A stretch of 63,498 bases of DNA, filler included, from Hyphochytrium catenoides (taxonomy: Eukaryota > Protista > Hyphochytriomycota), in the NCBI GenBank assembly GCA_900088475.1. It is 9 parts of 9 records of this genome, joined end to end, with 100 filler letters (N's around TTAATTAATTAA, not from the genome) between each part and the next. Parts side by side here need not be neighbours in the genome. Positions count along the whole stretch, not along the records: positions 57,049 to 63,498 come from FLMG01003041.1; 8 more parts are not named here. One strand, given 5' to 3'. This document shows, one piece after another, positions 62,234 to 63,498 of this stretch (positions within the stretch are counted from its first letter, which is position 1; every line of letters starts with the position of its first letter). The notes beneath the pieces were generated by a model. That model searched no databases. It saw only the letters and a list, made by a program, of their open reading frames with translations, and was not told the DNA's origin. The translations under genes were made by a program, and so were the position numbers.

Positions 62234-63225
62234 CTACAAATCATAAAAGTCCACATGGGAGCCCGACTTGAACTCATTCTTCCGCACGAGCTCGACGCAC
62301 TTCTTCGCAGAGTCTCTGGGCTGCACTAGCTCTCCTTGCCTATGAGCTTTAGAATAGAATTCTTTCTGGGGCTTGAAGATGCCGGGAGAAGCTCTAATCT
62401 CTGCTTGCATGGCCGTGTCCAAAGGCCCAGGAGCGTAGTTCAAAGTCTTGAACTGAAGGCGAAGGGTGAGATCGACGAGGAGGAAAGAGAGACAAGAGAG
62501 AAAGGTACAGGGGAAAGAGGCGCAACATGATATAGCAGTCCCACAATGAACTGAGAGGTTAACATAAAGTGACGAAAGGAGAAAGAAAGCTCCGGAAAGA
62601 GCGGGGACGGGAGAGAGAGAGAGAGAGAGAGAAGGCTGGCCAAAAAGCGTGGGAAGTGCGGTGGATGCGCAGTGATGGAAGAACTAGCAATGGAGATCGC
62701 AGGCTAGAAATCAATCTCCTTATGAAAAGACTCGGAGCCCATTTAGAGATAGAACATAAGGCGACAGAATGGACCAACTACCTTGCCGCTGCAGGCTTGC
62801 TCTATGGCAACCACACGAGAGAACATGTCCCGTGCCGCTTTTCCAGCGCAGTAGAGCCCCCACGTGTGGAAAGGCTCTACTGCAGCTAAGGAAGAGACAT
62901 TGATAATAACAGAAGGGTGACTCTCTCTTTTCTCTTCCCCTTCGTCTTTGCCGCTTATCTTTTGCTCTTCTCTTGGGGGATAGACAGGGACCTCTGCAGG
63001 GAAGGATCCATGAGCTTACTAGAGCGCTGACTGCAAGGATTGAACAGAACGGCGAGCGAGGATACGACTGCAAGGACATCGGAAAACGGGAGAGAGGAGG
63101 TTGGACAGAGCAGAGACTAGAAGACGAGAAAGGTGGGGAGTTATCTAGCTTGCCATTGATTCTCTCCTTGGCGGACTTCTCCTCATCTGACCGCTTTGCC
63201 CCGAGTAACCGTAGGAACCTGCAAT
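62234..63225 (-). CDS. SPR: Sepiapterin reductase-like SDR, 3' part (clear exons 62885-62782, 62452-62234)
   Basis: AVEPFHTWGLYCAGKAARDMF, LNYAPGPLDTAMQ and EFKSGSHVDFYDL* match SPR (WALYCAGKAARDML, LNYAPGPLDTDMQ, EFKSGAHVDFYD); upstream exon boundaries unresolved; the gene runs off the window. Confidence 0.88.
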
Positions 63226-63498
63226 GGCATACCACAAGAGGAAGAGGATGAGGGCCATCGCCGAGTCAACGCTTCTCGAATACGTTGAGTGGAAAGGCAA
63301 ATAAGAGACAGAGACAGAGAGAGCGGAAGAGAGAGAGACAGAGATAGCGAGAGATAGAGAAAGAGAGAGAGAGAAATACATAAAAAGAATTGGGCGACCG
63401 GAAAGCTGGGGATAGAGACAATCGTACATCGATGAAGGGAGCAAGTGGCGGGTAAGATATTTCAGAGGTCAAGATATATCCTAACAGCTGGCAGCACA

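Noticed and set aside
18074-63472. Numerous ORFs made of SLSL or ERER runs in the ORF track
   Set aside because: They are translations of stop-free (CT)n/(GA)n microsatellites in introns or antisense to real exons.

Overview
Eukaryotic draft-genome sequence, not prokaryotic. It contains spliceosomal GT-AG introns, very dense (GA)n/(CT)n microsatellites and decayed transposons. The window is a concatenation of nine unrelated contigs joined by eight artificial 100-bp spacers (N44-TTAATTAATTAA-N44), so adjacency across spacers has no biological meaning. Contigs 1-2 (1-17908) are largely a transposon graveyard: a non-autonomous hAT-type element with TIRs and an 8-bp TSD, probable hAT transposase relics, a tRNA-derived SINE-like head, and a decayed CRE-like non-LTR RT hit by three copies of one LTR family. 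They also hold an atypical SDR gene (catalytic YxxxK is DxxxK), an orphan acidic ORF and a small C11orf98/Alb1-like gene. The remaining contigs carry a Ty3/gypsy RT relic, a four-PDZ scaffold gene, a very large EF-hand gene, a Ty1/copia pol fragment, DRC8/EFCAB2, a protein with four tandem endosulfine/ARPP19-like FDSADY motifs, a mitochondrial PPR gene, a SEP-UBX p97 cofactor, CMTR1, Ku70 ending in an RG tail rather than a SAP domain, a WW protein, an FBXO7-like gene and a sepiapterin reductase. Gene content suggests a flagellated protist, possibly oomycete-like (inference only). The most striking candidates are the multivalent endosulfine-like protein, the Tyr-to-Asp SDR, the SAP-less Ku70 and introns with complementary 5' GA and 3' CT tracts. 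Homology calls come from recognising motifs by eye; no database searches were run.
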